Below are positions 15,001 to 28,689 of a stretch of 64,000 bases of DNA, piece after piece (the stretch's first letter is position 1; each line of letters begins with the position of its first letter). The DNA comes from Tubiluchus corallicola (Eukaryota > Animalia > Priapulida): contig JAQGDQ010000272.1 in assembly GCA_030141605.1 (NCBI GenBank), positions 247,297-311,296 of the forward strand. Reading direction: 5' to 3'. The notes below the pieces were generated by a model. It was not told the origin of the DNA. It did not search any database and was given only the letters and a program-made list of their open reading frames with translations. The position numbers and the translations under genes are program-made.

Positions 15001-18000
15001 CTTTTCACTTCAGCCCCATGTCCGGGTTTAAGAGGTCACTGTTGAAAATTACTCAGCAATTTTGCAGGATTAGATGCCGGTAAATTCTCCTTATTGTACG
15101 TATTGTTCTAGTCCTCTGCAAATGCCCTACACCTAGTGGACTTTTCCCTTTCTCTAGTCATGCACAAAATTTTTGAAGAGAATGTATAGTTTTATTTTTT
15201 GTGGTAATTTTTGCACTGTGCTGGATGTGGAAAATGAATAAAATAAATAAAATAAAAAAATAAAGTGATCTACCAGGTAACAAGAAAAAATGAACTAGGT
15301 AAAGTTCTAGTTAGCTGTTAATACTGTTACCATTACAACAGGATGGGCTGCGAGGTATTGTCAAATGTACCTGTTGTCTGGTACACTTAACCTTTGACCT
15401 TTTCACGATCATCATCAATCACTGGAACTGTGAAAAGGCTTTTTAACAAAATATAGTCCACTAAAACATTTTTTGTTTCTAAAAGAATCGGCACAAAACC
15501 ACAAAAGAGGGCAACAAATTGTTTTTTATGTACTAATGGCCTCACCTTCCTGTAATTTTGACAATTCGATCTTGCCCTGTTGCAGAATGCGATCTTTCTC
15601 AGCTTCGCTCAGCGGATGCAAGATTACCTCATTTTCCTCCATGTTTACCTCTTCTTCGAACTCCTTCCTGAACTCCACTAAAAATATCAGAGAAATTACA
15701 CTGCAATTCACAATCACAAACACAACATAAGTACAGTTAACAAATCACAAACTTAAATTTATAAACAATGCATACAGAAACACGTCCCTACAAATAGAGG
15801 GCTCTTTTTAAGCGTAGGTGATAAAAAGAAAATGCAATAATTTACAACAATCACAACTACATGTACATCACAGTGTTGATTGAATGACATACATTTATTT
15901 GTAGCAAAATTAATTCACATCTCTTAAGTTAGAATTGTGTACAGCTGACATTTTATGCACACATGAACAATTTCTAACTTCCACATCTCCACTTTTGTTT
16001 AAAAATATAAACTGTTCGATATCACACATAGATGGGAATTCTGAGAAAATATTTTATATTTGGCTTAAGAACACAGTCCTTCTTTGACAATAAACATTGT
16101 GTTGTATACTAAAACGAAATTCATCTTCTGTGCACCCCAATCTTATATAGAGTACATTTTTTCATATCAACAGAGTTGCAGATCTGGTATATCGACCAGT
16201 CTAAATTTGCAGTCTATGCATGCTTGCCCATCAGATATTAACAACAACAATGCAAAGTGACTGAAAAAAGAAAAAACTCTCCTAAAAGAACATACCAACT
16301 TCTGGCATAATCTTTCTTGCAATTTCCGGTAATCGTTCCAGCATGGCAATACTCTGATTGATCCGCTGATCTATTTCTTTCAAGTGTTCGCGGATGGAGT
16401 CCTTCAGGACTATGGCTACGTCGGGGTCTGTCCTCATCAAGTGCTTATAATGGCCGATGGAATGCAGCCGATCCTTTTCCTCGGCGCGGACAAACTTGAG
16501 AATCGTTTTTAAAACTTTATGTGCCTAAAATTGTCAAACGCGGTTTGTTATCCTAATAACTTGACAAATTTGCAAATACAGCACTGACAAGTTGATGGAC
16601 AATTGTACAAGAATGAACTAAAACAGACAACAAAGAATAGGTATTTTTGTGCCTCTAGAAAATCAAATCCATTTTTGCATACAAAACAAATATTTTTGTA
16701 CACCAAGGTCTCTACTAAAATAATTTACATTTCGACATTACGTAATTATGATGCCATAACGGACATTAAATTTTTTCTACACATTGCCACATTATTATTT
16801 ATACATACTTGCAAAGGTGTTTGCTTCAGGGCCTCCAGGTAATTATCCATAGCAACCCGTTTATTCTCGTTAAGTCTGGCTTCAACACGCTGTTGATGAA
16901 CGGCTCTGAGTTGTCGCTTCTCCGCTTGTCCTTCCTCTTCCAGTGCGCCGACCGTCTTCTCAAAACGAGACGTCATTTCCGTTTTGAACTTCTCCGCACC
17001 TTTGGGGTCTTTCTTTCTCATATCTTGGTAGCGTTCTTCTAACTCTGCCCACTCTTTCATCACCTGCTTGTAAAATAACCACTTATAGTTTGCAAACACA
17101 AAGAAAAATCATAGAGTATTGGCTGGTATAGTCACATTCTACACTAGGCGCTTTGATAATGCTTTCAGGTAGATTGATATCAACAAATGAATACAAATTA
17201 GATACACATTAAAGGAAAAGTCAAGCCTTCTGTGAAGTTAAGCTTATTTCAATGTTCACGAAAAATGTTAGAAGGATTTAGTAATAAAAGTGTGACAAGC
17301 GCCTCGTGTAATTAGTAAAATCACTTTAAAGTCGTGATCACTTCATGCTTGGACGCCCCCATTTTGAATGTCCATTTTCCAGCAATGATGTCGTTCATCC
17401 TTTGAAGAAAAGCAACATCCTGTCAATTTCTATCAAAAGTATAATAAGCTAATAGTAAGCTAGTATAGATAGCTAATTTTGTGATATTTCTGCATGAACG
17501 TTAGGTAAGCTGCAGAAATTTCGAATTACTTTAAGCAGAACGACATCAAGTTTTTACAGCAATACAAAACCGAGGACTATCTGCGTATATCTGACCTTCG
17601 TAACTTTAGCTCTATGCTTCTCTTCTATTCGTTGCAATGCAGAATGGAATTCCTGATGTTCGTGTTCTTTGCTTACGTGGTAGAAGTATCGATCTGTTTC
17701 TCTCACCCCAGTGCTGGGTACAGGTAGCTCACCTGCTGCAGAATAAGAATAATAAAAATGGGCTTATACACTATAACACAGAGCTAACTGTTAATTAAAA
17801 CTAACATATCTAATGATATCATTTTTATTGTAAATTACCCAAAATGAATTTTTGAACCCTTTGCATAAACAAGTAATATCAGCTAACTCAATAATTTGAA
17901 AATCTATTTCTGATACGCAAAAGTACAGATTGTCAAAAGCATATGAATTCTGTCCTGTTAAACACAATGCGAAACCCACCAGCAAAATGGTCTGAGGTTT

Positions 18001-18375
18001 AGCAATAACATTGTATAGAATGCCTTTACAAGACACAAGTTTTATAGTTATCCTCACAATTTCACTTTCTCAATTTTCGTATTAAACAAAGTTGCAATGC
18101 AATGCAAAATAAAATGCAATTGTAGACAAAATTTTGCTAGTCATGAATGGAGAAATGAACGAATTAAAAAAGCAGCCAGTTTAAACTAAGCATAATTTGA
18201 TAGTTGGTCATACTTTCATCGGACTTTGGACAGCAAACGAACTCGACTCCGCTGAAGACATCAATACCGCACGGCAGCAGCATTGCAAAGCTGCGGAGGT
18301 TCATTTGACGACCACTACACGAGTCGTTGGCCGTCCGATGCCACTGTTGGAACGTCCAGCACTTTGCAGAGTTTG
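12032..18375 (-). CDS. APP: Amyloid-beta precursor-like protein, 5'-truncated (part of CuBD, E2, acidic exon, TM, AICD)
   Basis: Exons ~18375-18214 (RSFAMLLPCGIDVFSGVEFVCCP), 17732-17596, 17063-16809 (VMKEWAELEERY...HQQRVEARLN), 16524-16296 (FVRAEEKDRLH), 15677-15546, 15427-15392, 14129-13962, 12820-12681, 12283-12032 (TM, KKR, MQVNGYENPTYKYFE); phases compatible. Confidence 0.95.
12852..13564. mobile_element. TA-flanked Tc1/mariner-like MITE in an APP intron, with a nested element; mirror copy ~24317-25027
   Basis: TA|CACTCA... and ...GGCAAACCAAGATATGAGTG|TA termini; same family as 47009-47412. Confidence 0.7.
13038..13383. mobile_element. Tigger/pogo-like MITE nested in the preceding element; mirror copy ~24498-24843
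   Basis: Inverted termini (T)AGTGTTCCCTCGCT / AGCGAGGGAACACTG|TA. Confidence 0.8.
14760..15262 (+). mobile_element. Decayed 3' fragment of a CR1-like LINE in an APP intron; copies at ~19355-19865 and ~22620-23120 on the - strand
   Basis: IEMVQYYFTKRL...LKLQSLE(ERR)IIFYLKMVYEI resembles LINE ORF2 C-termini; followed by an (AATAA)n tail. Confidence 0.7.
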
Positions 18376-20008
18376 TTGTTAATATCTGATGGGCAAGCAT
18401 AGACTGCAAATTTAGACTGGTCGATATACCAGATCTGCAACTCTGTTGATATGAAAATGTACTCTATATAAGATTGGGGTGCACAGAAGATGAATTTCGT
18501 TTTAGTATACAACACAATGTTTATTGTCAAAGAAGGACTGTGTTCTTAAGCCAAATATAAAATATTTTCTCAGAATTCCCATCTATGTGTGATATCGAAC
18601 AGTTTATATTTTTAAACAAAAGTGGAGATGTGGAAGTTAGAAATTGTTCATGTGTGCATAAAATTGTCAGCTGTACACAATTCTAACTTAAGAGATGTGA
18701 ATTAATTTTGCTACAAATAAATGTATGTCATTCAATCAACACTGTGATGTACATGTAGTTGTGATTGTTGTAAATTATTGCATTTTCTTTTTATCACCTA
18801 CGCTTAAAAAGAGCCCTCTATTTGTAGGGACGTGTTTCTGTATGCATTGTTTATAAATTTAAGTTTGTGATTTGTTAACTGTACTTATGTTGTGTTTGTG
18901 ATTGTGAATTGCAGTGTAATTTCTCTGATATTTTTAGTGGAGTTCAGGAAGGAGTTCGAAGAAGAGGTAAACATGGAGGAAAATGAGGTAATCTTGCATC
19001 CGCTGAGCGAAGCTGAGAAAGATCGCATTCTGCAACAGGGCAAGATCGAATTGTCAAAATTACAGGAAGGTGAGGCCATTAGTACATAAAAAACAATTTG
19101 TTGTCCTCTTTTGTGGCTTTGTGCCGATTCTTTTAGAAACAAAAAATGTTTTAGTGGACTATATTTTGTTGAAAAGCCTTTTCACAGTTCCAGTGATTGA
19201 TGATGATCGTGAAAAGGTCAAAGGTTAAGTGTACCAGACAACACGTGTACATTTGACAATACCTCGCAGCCCATCCTGTTGTAATGGTAACAGTATTAAC
19301 AGCTAGCTAGAACTTTACCTAGTTCATTTTTTCTTGTTACCTGGTAGATCACTTTATTTTTTTATTTTATTTATTTTATTCATTTTCCACATCCAGCACA
19401 GTACAAAAATTACCACAAAAAATAAAACTATGCATTCTCTTCAAAAATTTTGTGCATGACTAGAGAAAGGGAAAAGTCCACTAGGTGTAGGGCATTTGCA
19501 GAGGACTAGAACAATACGTACAATAAGGAGAATTTACCGGCTTCTAATCTTGCAAAATTGCTGAGTAATTTTCAACAGTGACCTCTTAAACCCGGACATG
19601 GGGCTGAAGTGAAAAAAATCGTTAAAGTCTAAAGCCACTGTAGAATTGCATATTTCATAGACCATTTTTAAATAAAAAATAATTCTCCTCTCTTCTAAGG
19701 ACTGCAGTTTTAGATATGTTAATTTTGTTGTATAATTTATATAATTTAATCCGCATCTAGCATATAGACGTTTGGTAAAATAATACTGCACCTTTTCAAT
19801 TAAATCAATAAGCGTCTTGTGATGTGGATTCCAAAGGGGAGTGTAATACTCTAGTAAAGGCTTGATATATGATTAGTAATTTGTAATTAAACAATTCTTG
19901 TTCTTAGTATGAAAGATTCTAAAAATCATGTTTACTACTTTATGTTCTTTAGCAAATTGGCTTTACCATTAAGATTATATGTATTTTTTGGATTTGATGG
20001 GCTGATAT
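18373..20008 (+). pseudogene. Third partial APP copy (two exons plus introns)
   Basis: Reverse complement of ~16247-14615; contains the EFRKEFEEEVNMEE exon and the 36-nt VPVIDDDREKVK exon. Confidence 0.9.
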
Positions 20009-20151
20009 TACTTGTTTATGCAAAGGGTTCAAAAATTCATTTTGGGTAATTTACAATAAAAATGATATCATTAGATATGTTAGTTTTAATTAACAGTTAG
20101 CTCTGTGTTATAGTGTATAAGCCCATTTTTATTATTCTTATTCTGCAGCAG

Positions 20152-23100
20152 GTGAGCTACCTGTACCCAGCACTGGGGTGAGAGAAACAGATCGATACTT
20201 CTACCACGTAAGCAAAGAACACGAACATCAGGAATTCCATTCTGCATTGCAACGAATAGAAGAGAAGCATAGAGCTAAAGTTACGAAGGTCAGATATACA
20301 CAGATAGTCCTCGGTTTTGTATTGCTGTAAAAACTTGATGTCGTTCTGCTTAAAGTAATTCGAAATTTCTGCAGCTTACCTAACGTTCATGCAGAAATAT
20401 CACAAAATTAGCTATCTATACTAGCTTACTATTAGCTTATTATACTTTTGATGGAAATTGACAGGATGTTGCTTTTCTTCAAAGGATGAACGACATCATT
20501 GCTGGAAAATGAACATTCAAAATGGGAGCGTCCAAGCATGAAGTGATCGCGACTTTAAAGTGATTTTACTAATTACACGAGGCGCTTCTCGCACTTTTAT
20601 TACTAAATCCTTCTAACATTTTTCGTGAACATTGAAATAAGCTTAACTTCACAGAAGGCTTGACTTTTCCTTTAATGTGTATCTAATTTGTATTCATTTG
20701 TTGATATCAATCTACCTGAAAGCATTATCAAAGCGCCTAGTGTAGAATGTGACTATACCAGCCAATATTCTATGATTTTTCTTTGTGTTTGCAAACTATA
20801 AGTGGTTATTTTACAAGCAGGTGATGAAAGAGTGGGCAGAGTTAGAAGAACGCTACCAAGATATGAGAAAGAAAGACCCCAAAGGTGCGGAGAAGTTCAA
20901 AACGGAAATGACGTCTCGTTTTGAGAAGACGGTCGGCGCACTGGAAGAGGAAGGACAAGCGGAGAAGCGACAACTCAGAGCCGTTCATCAACAGCGTGTT
21001 GAAGCCAGACTTAACGAGAATAAACGTGTTGCTATGGATAATTACCTGGAGACCCTGAAGCAAACACCTTTGCAAGTATGTATAAATAATAATGTGGCAA
21101 TGTGTAGAAAAAATTTAATGTCTGTTATGGCATCATAATTACGTAATGTCGAAATGTAAATTATTTTAGTAGAGACCTTGGTGTACAAAATTATTTGTTT
21201 TGTATGCAAAAATGGATTTGATTTTCTAGATGCACAAAAATACCTATTCTTTGTTGTCTGTTTTAGTTCATTCTTGTACAATTGTCCATCAACTATTCAG
21301 TGCTGTATTTGCAAATTTGTCAAGTTATTAGGATAACAAACCGCGTTTGGCAATTTTAGGCACATAAAGTTTTAAAAACGATTCTCAAGTTTGTCCGCGC
21401 CGAGGAAAAGGATCGGCTGCATTCCATCGGCCATTATAAGCACTTGATGAGGACAGACCCTGATGTAGCCAAAGTCCTGAAGGACTCCATCCGGGAACAC
21501 TTGAAAGAAATAGATCAGCGGATCAATCAGAGTATTGCCATGCTGAAACGATTACCGGAAATTGCAAGAAAGATTATGCCAGAAGTTGGTATGTTCTTTT
21601 AGGAGAGTTTTTTCTTTTTTCAGTCACTTTGCATTGTTGTTGTTAATATCTGATGGGCAAGCATGCATAGACTGCAAATTTAGCCTGGATATACCAGATC
21701 TGCAACTCTGTTGATATGAAAAAATGTACTCTATATAAGATTGGGGTGCACAGAAGATGAATTTCGTTTTAGTATACAACACAATGTTTATTGTCAAAGA
21801 AGGACTGTGTTCTTAAGCCAAATATAAAATATTTTCTCAGAATTCCCATCTATGTGTGATATCGAACAGTTTATATTTTTAAACAAAAGTGGAGATGTGG
21901 AAGTTAGAAATTGTTCATGTGTGCATAAAATGTCAGCTGTACACAATTCTAACTTAAGAGATGTGAATTAATTTTGCTACAAATAAATGTATGTCATTCA
22001 ATCAACACTGTGATGTACATGTAGTTGTGATTGTTGTAAATTATTGCATTTTCTTTTTATCACCTACGCTTAAAAAGAGCCCTCTATTTGTAGGGACGTG
22101 TTTCTGTATGCATTGTTTATAAATTTAAGTTTGTGATTTGTTAACTGTACTTATGTTGTGTTTGTGATTGTGAATTGCAGTGTAATTTCTCTGATATTTT
22201 TAGTGGAGTTCAGGAAGGAGTTCGAAGAAGAGGTAAACATGGAGGAAAATGAGGTAATCTTGCATCCGCTGAGCGAAGCTGAGAAAGATCGCATTCTGCA
22301 ACAGGGCAAGATCGAATTGTCAAAATTACAGGAAGGTGAGGCCATTAGTACATAAAAAACAATTTGTTGCCCTCTTTTGTGGTTTTGTGCCGATTCTTTT
22401 AGAAACAAAAAATGTTTTAGTGGACTATATTTTGTTAAAAAGCCTTTTCACAGTTCCAGTGATTGATGATGATCGTGAAAAGGTCAAAGGTTAAGTGTAC
22501 CAGACAACAGGTACATTTGACAATACCTCGCAGCCCATCCTGTTGTAATGGTAACAGTATTAACAGCTAACTAGAACTTTACCTAGTTCATTTTTTCTTG
22601 TTACCTGGTAGATCACTTTATTTTTTTATTTTATTTATTTTATTCATTTTCCACATCCAGCACAGTGCAAAAATTACCACAAAAAATAAAACTATACATT
22701 CTCTTCAAAAATTTTGTGCATGACTAGAGAAAGGGAAAAGTCCACTAGGTGTAGGGCATTTGCAGAGGACTAGAACAATACGTACAATAAGGAGAATTTA
22801 CCGGCATCTAATCCTGCAAAATTGCTGAGTAATTTTCAACAGTGACCTCTTAAACCCGGACATGGGGCTGAAGTGAAAAGTTAAAGTCTAAAGCCACTGT
22901 AGAATTGCATATTTCATAGACCATTTTTAAATAAAAAATAATTCCCGTGTCTTCTAAGGACTGCAGTTTGAGAGAGGTTAATTTTGTTGTATAATTTATA
23001 TAATTTAATCCGCATCTAGCATATAGACGTTTGGTAAAATAATACTGCACCATTTCAATTAAATCAATAAGCGTCTTGTGATGTGTATTCCAAAGGGGAG

Positions 23101-25848
23101 TGTAATACTCTAGTAAAGGCTTGATATATGATTAGTAATTTGTAATTAAACAATTCTTGTTCTTAGTATGAAAGATTCTAAAAATCATGTTTACTACTTT
23201 ATGTTCTTTAGCAAATTGGCTTTACCATTAAGATTATATGTATTTTTTGGATTTGATGGGCTGATATGAATGACAGAACATTTAGCAGTCACAATTGACA
23301 GTTGCCACTTGTTTGCTGAGGCAGTTAAATCACATAGAGCTCTACTTAGACAGCATCAGGTCATTTCTTTTGTTTCGATTTATTTTTCAAAATCAGGTCT
23401 TTCACTTAGTGAGCTTAACTTTATCATCACAACCTCCAAACTCTATGCACAGAATAATGCATAATTAATCAAGTCCACTAACTGATGCCACAGATAGCTA
23501 TGTTTTACCCCCATATCATGTGATGGTTGTAGTTAAGACACATTGCTGTGGTGCATAACATTGACCTACGGCAAATGTGCGTGCGCACAACGAAACTGTG
23601 AGAAGGCTTATTATTGTAGGTAGTTAAGTAGTAATGTTGATTGAGTTATTAATAATGAATTGTTTTACCTTTTTTGGCATGATCTGTGTCAATTTTCAAC
23701 TACAAGAGTTCTGTTTCTAATATTAATTTTTCTTTTACTTCATGCTTTCAGACCATGAAGAAGAAGAAGAAGTCAAAGTGCAGCCATATTATCCAAACAT
23801 AGATGCAGATGAAGATGAAGAAGAAGATGATGATTTTGATGAAGATGAAGGGGAAGAGGACGAGGACGAAGACGAAGAGGAAGAGGAAGAGAATCAAGAA
23901 GTGTACAGCGATTACAAAGGTTGGTTTCCATGTGTCTAAAAATTTTAACAAACTCAAAGCTATCATAGGAGTTACTTGATAATTGAAAACTAACTGTTTA
24001 TTATCTTAATTCCAAGTTAAAGATAAAATTGGATTTTAATAATTGTTTTTTCCATTGTTAACTGCATCCTGCTTGATATTCACTGGCTTGATCCTAGGTC
24101 TCAATATTATTGTGTTATTAACCACTCTTTGTTATTCTGTAACTCCAGGTACATATCTAGCCAAGAGTTTCCTGAGTTGTGAAACAATAGAGAATAAACA
24201 AACAAGTTCATAATAAACGGTTTCTCTAAAGTTAGTGAAATGATATTAAAATTGAAATTACTGGACTTATTATTACTTCAACACATTTTATATTACGAGA
24301 CCTTTCCTTGAAATTACACTCATATCTTGGTTTGCCAGACAAAAGCAGGGAGACGTAGGTCCAAATTTGCCGATTGTCCGAATTTACCACTACTAAGCTA
24401 ATACACTAGGTGCTGTGTATTAGACTCATGGTAATGTAGAATCTATTGCCTGATTGTCTCAAAAACGTCTAGTACGGGCCGCTCCTATGCAGAAGTACAG
24501 TGTTCCCTCGCTATTTCGCGGTTCGTTTATCGCGGACTTGCTGTTTCGTGGGTTTTCAAAAATATTAATGTAAAATATTTACCACGGTATTTTCGCTGTT
24601 TCACGGGTTTTTGTAGCACTCCGTCAAAATTACGTATCTAACGTATCTGGGTTTAAGAGTTTAAAACATTTTTGTGAACATTTAAGTAAAGTTTTTTAAA
24701 AGGTACATGTACAATATGGGAAAAGTTATTAAGGGAATGAGAAAGGGTTATGTATAAGAGTGTGGGGAGGGTTTATAAAGACTTAAAATAATGTATAACT
24801 ACTAAAATAAGTATAGCGAGCCGCGATAAGCGAGGGAACACTACTATATTTTTATGTAATTATGAGAGAGATACAAGTGGTTACACTGATGTAAAGATGT
24901 AAAACAAGTGACGGCCCGCCAACTAGCAGTCAGCTCGTGAATCAATGTGCTGTCCGTAGTATGTGTGACTTTACTGGTCCAGATTTTGTCCGATCCTTCC
25001 GATATCCATAAAAGCTGGGTCTGAGTGTATACTTATTAAAATTGTGTTTTTTACGCAGTTGATGTTGCAGTGGACACAGACAAAATGGAAATAGTTGAAA
25101 ATGAAAAGAAAGCAATTGAAGAGGCTGTGGAAGATTTGAATGAAGAATTAGTAAGATCGCCGCATCATCATCAACATAACAGCCTAGGAGTAGAATCTGT
25201 AAGTTTCTTGGAAATTGTTCTTAAGACTTGTACAGTTATTTTACAGCAGATTGCAGTTTTAAACTAACATTATACCATTTTAACATAATGCCATGCTGTG
25301 AGAGTTTCAAATTTTTGTAAATATTATTATTTTTTTTATTATTTTTATTTTATTTTGTGTTTATTTCAGTACATAATAAGTATAATAGAACAGTTCATTA
25401 AAAATCATTTAAAGATCTACTACAAGACAAATAAAATAAATATTTACACAGAGAAAAAAGGTTAGCAATTTATATTCCCAATGGGCAAAAATTTTCGAAG
25501 TTGAAATGACATGTCAGTATTAAGAATAAACACTTTATGACTTCATATCATGTATATTTACAGCACAGGATGTTAAATGCTGTATTTGTGTTTCAGAATT
25601 TTATTGAAAGAAGTCACAAGAGGCGTTTTGTGCACAGCAATAGCTTGTACATAGCCATCTGTGTGGGCATTGTTGCACTGCTAGTAGCCATTGTTGCTGC
25701 TATCCTAATAGGAAAGAAAAGGCACTCAACCCCGGATGGATTCGACCAGGTATCGACTGTTTCACCTGAGGAGAAGCATGTGGTTAATATGCAGGTAAAC
25801 GGATACGAGAACCCCACATATAAATACTTTGAGGCATATTCTAAATAA
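20152..25848 (+). pseudogene. APP: Inverted partial APP duplicate (E2 to stop); frame intact but no 5' exons
   Basis: Exons 20152-20288, 20821-21075, 21360-21588, 22204-22335, 22454-22489, 23752-23919, 25059-25198, 25597-25848; a few replacements versus the left copy (EALKQ/ETLKQ, VAIV/VAKV, MLER/MLKR). Confidence 0.8.
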
Positions 25849-27261
25849 AAGCCATTAGCCACAGGACAAATAGTGAATATTTTTTACACTTTTTTGTATA
25901 AATGTATGTGGAGTTATTCACTTATACTGTGTTGTGAAGTTTCTGAAATTAGTACACACATCACTTACAGGTCACCCTTCTTTTTTGGAAACACACAAAA
26001 ATTCAAAAGTTTCAAAATTCAAAGTTCTATTAATTATATATGTTTGTTTCTTACATTAGTGTATTATCATATTTTACCTATAAATTCTGTGATCTGGCTA
26101 AGATTTCATTGTGTTTGACTCCGTGTTATAAAATCAAAAGTTGTTTAAAAAAGGGTTGTTCTTGTCTCTTGTGGTATTTTTACTCCTTACACGATTTAAA
26201 AAGGTTGTGCTAAATTGGCAGCTCCATATGAGTTTTATCGCAGCTTGTATTTGTCGATTGGATATGACAGTTTAATGGTTTCACTGTATTGTATGCTCAT
26301 TTTGTAAAGAAAAATAATCTTGTTAAAAATCATGGGCTTGGTTAATCAGCAAACAGATATAAATACTGAGATAACGTAAGTAGATAATGATGATTTAATC
26401 AATATTCTGTACCTTCTTTGTTACAATTTTGTTTAGATATAATTGTTTGTGTTTGTCGTGCATAGATGGTACTAGTCACCAAAATTTTATTTAATAATGT
26501 GCATGTACTAGTTGTCACTGGGTTTCTAAACAAATAAGGAATCATAGACTCTAAAATCTGAAATGATAGGATAGGCTTCTTTGTCTCTGAAGATTTCTGG
26601 TATTGACTGTTTGTAATTTTTGTAATTAGTTGACGCTGGTGAAGCGAATTAGTGTAAAATAATGAACATAATTATTATGGATTATAGACGATCAAGTTGT
26701 TACAGGATTAGAAGCATTATTAGGTTAAATTGTGTTAGTCATCTACAAGTGTTTTGCTTCTAGTATGTTGTGCTAACATATGTGCACGTCACAAAAATTG
26801 TAAATAACATCGAATCGTATTGTAGACTAGACATACTCAGTGAGCAGTAAACAACCTGTTATCGGGCAGTTTTAGGTTTGCCAGTTGTCAATGATTTCAC
26901 AGGTAGGGAAATTGGATCTAGCTGAGAACACCTCGTATACGAGTGAATTAATATTATGTTGCGCTGTAACTTCTATTTTTATTGCACAGCTCATTTATGC
27001 AGTATACCCAGTAGCCGAAGTTTTTGTTTATCTTAAACTTATGCAAACCTTTTCTGTAATTCAGTAGAAATTATCATTGACACAATTAGCACACACAACT
27101 GAACGAAGTACAATTGATTTTATTACGTATTGCTGTTATTCGTTGTACATAGTGTGAAACTTGAAATATTTAAAAGATTTGTTATATGAAAATGTAAATT
27201 GCTGATTCTAGGTGTATAAAGAGGCGCCTTTTTTTGTATATATGTTCATTTTTAATAAAGA

Positions 27262-27478
<217 letters not shown>

Positions 27479-28320
27479 CCCGTGAATGTTGAACGTAGCA
27501 GCCATGATAAGTGCTAAAACTCGTTAGGACGCATCAATAAGTGATGAAAATTTCAGGGTCGTTTCTCCATTGTAGGTGTGAGATAAATGGAACTTCAGTT
27601 TTCTCCTTGTATCTATCCTCTCGATCTCATCAAGTCAACGCATACTGACTATTTCTCATAAATTTTTCTGTATTACACTTTTTTGATACTTATTTTATCT
27701 TTCCATACTCTCAGTTTTTTAACTTTACTCACTAACCTTGGTCAAATTCCCCTGTTAATAAGACCCCATTTGAAACTACTACATATAATAATCCTAATTA
27801 CTGAATAATTGTATTGTTTTGTTTAGATTTAGGTATCTAACTTTATTATTTTTTGTTTTCAGTTCTTTTTGGATAATTTGTATCATTTATACTGTTTTTA
27901 TTTGTATTTTTCTTATTTGTTTTTGTTTTTGTTATCTGCAGCATCACCGTTAATTTTTAATATGACTAATCTATTTATAAGAAAGGGCAGGAGACTAGAT
28001 GACCCTATGGTCCTTCCCTGCCCTGCTCCATGATTATAATTACTTAATATTTAAAAAACTTTTGATGTTAAACTAATTGGAGAAAATAAATGTTCTATGT
28101 CTATGTCTAATGGGGTCACTTCGATGGAGTTGCAATGGTGGTGTTCGCCAAGGGTGTGTTTTAGATCTGATGTTGTTCTCTATGATAATTAGATTCTTCC
28201 CATTTGCGTGATATTTTTAGACTTGGCGTCTCATTTATCATTTATGACACACAGACTCACCTGTTGATTAATCTCAAAATTGATATGGATGAAATCGAAG
28301 CTATGAATGTCATTTAGAAC

Positions 28321-28689
28321 TAGGGGTGAGCATTCTCTACCAGAAAGCGAATTCGAATCGAACCGAATTTGTGACTTTCGAATTCGAATCGAACCGAACT
28401 TTAGTGTCGAACCACCAGTAAAAATTGGTCTTACAAAGATCATGTGTATCACTAGATTTTGTTCTCCAATAAAACGACTAGTAATTTGTTTAAAATTGTG
28501 CACAGAAATCACTGCTAAATTACGCTAATTGCATGTTGTTTCAATCGTTTTAGTGATCAGGAACATATGTGATTGAAGTGCTGAATTATTCGAATCTATA
28601 AGTTTTGGATTCGAATCGAGTTCGAATTAAAAAAACTCATTCGAATCGAATTCGAACGTTCGAACTCGAACGTTCGATGCTCACCCCTA
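28321..28689. mobile_element. hAT-type MITE; partial inverted copy at ~33460-33562
   Basis: 13-bp TIR TAGGGGTGAGCAT / ATGCTCACCCCTA; 8-bp flanks TTTAGAAC / TTCAGAAC; subterminal TTCGAA repeats. Confidence 0.88.

Larger units (their letters stand above)
10793..27087. repeat. Large inverted duplication (arms ~10793-17883 and ~20001-27087) with a third copy of ~14615-16247 in the spacer
   Basis: Mirror-image ORFs with near-constant coordinate sums (12032+25848=37880; 16746+21138=37884); only scattered SNPs and indels between arms. Confidence 0.97.
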
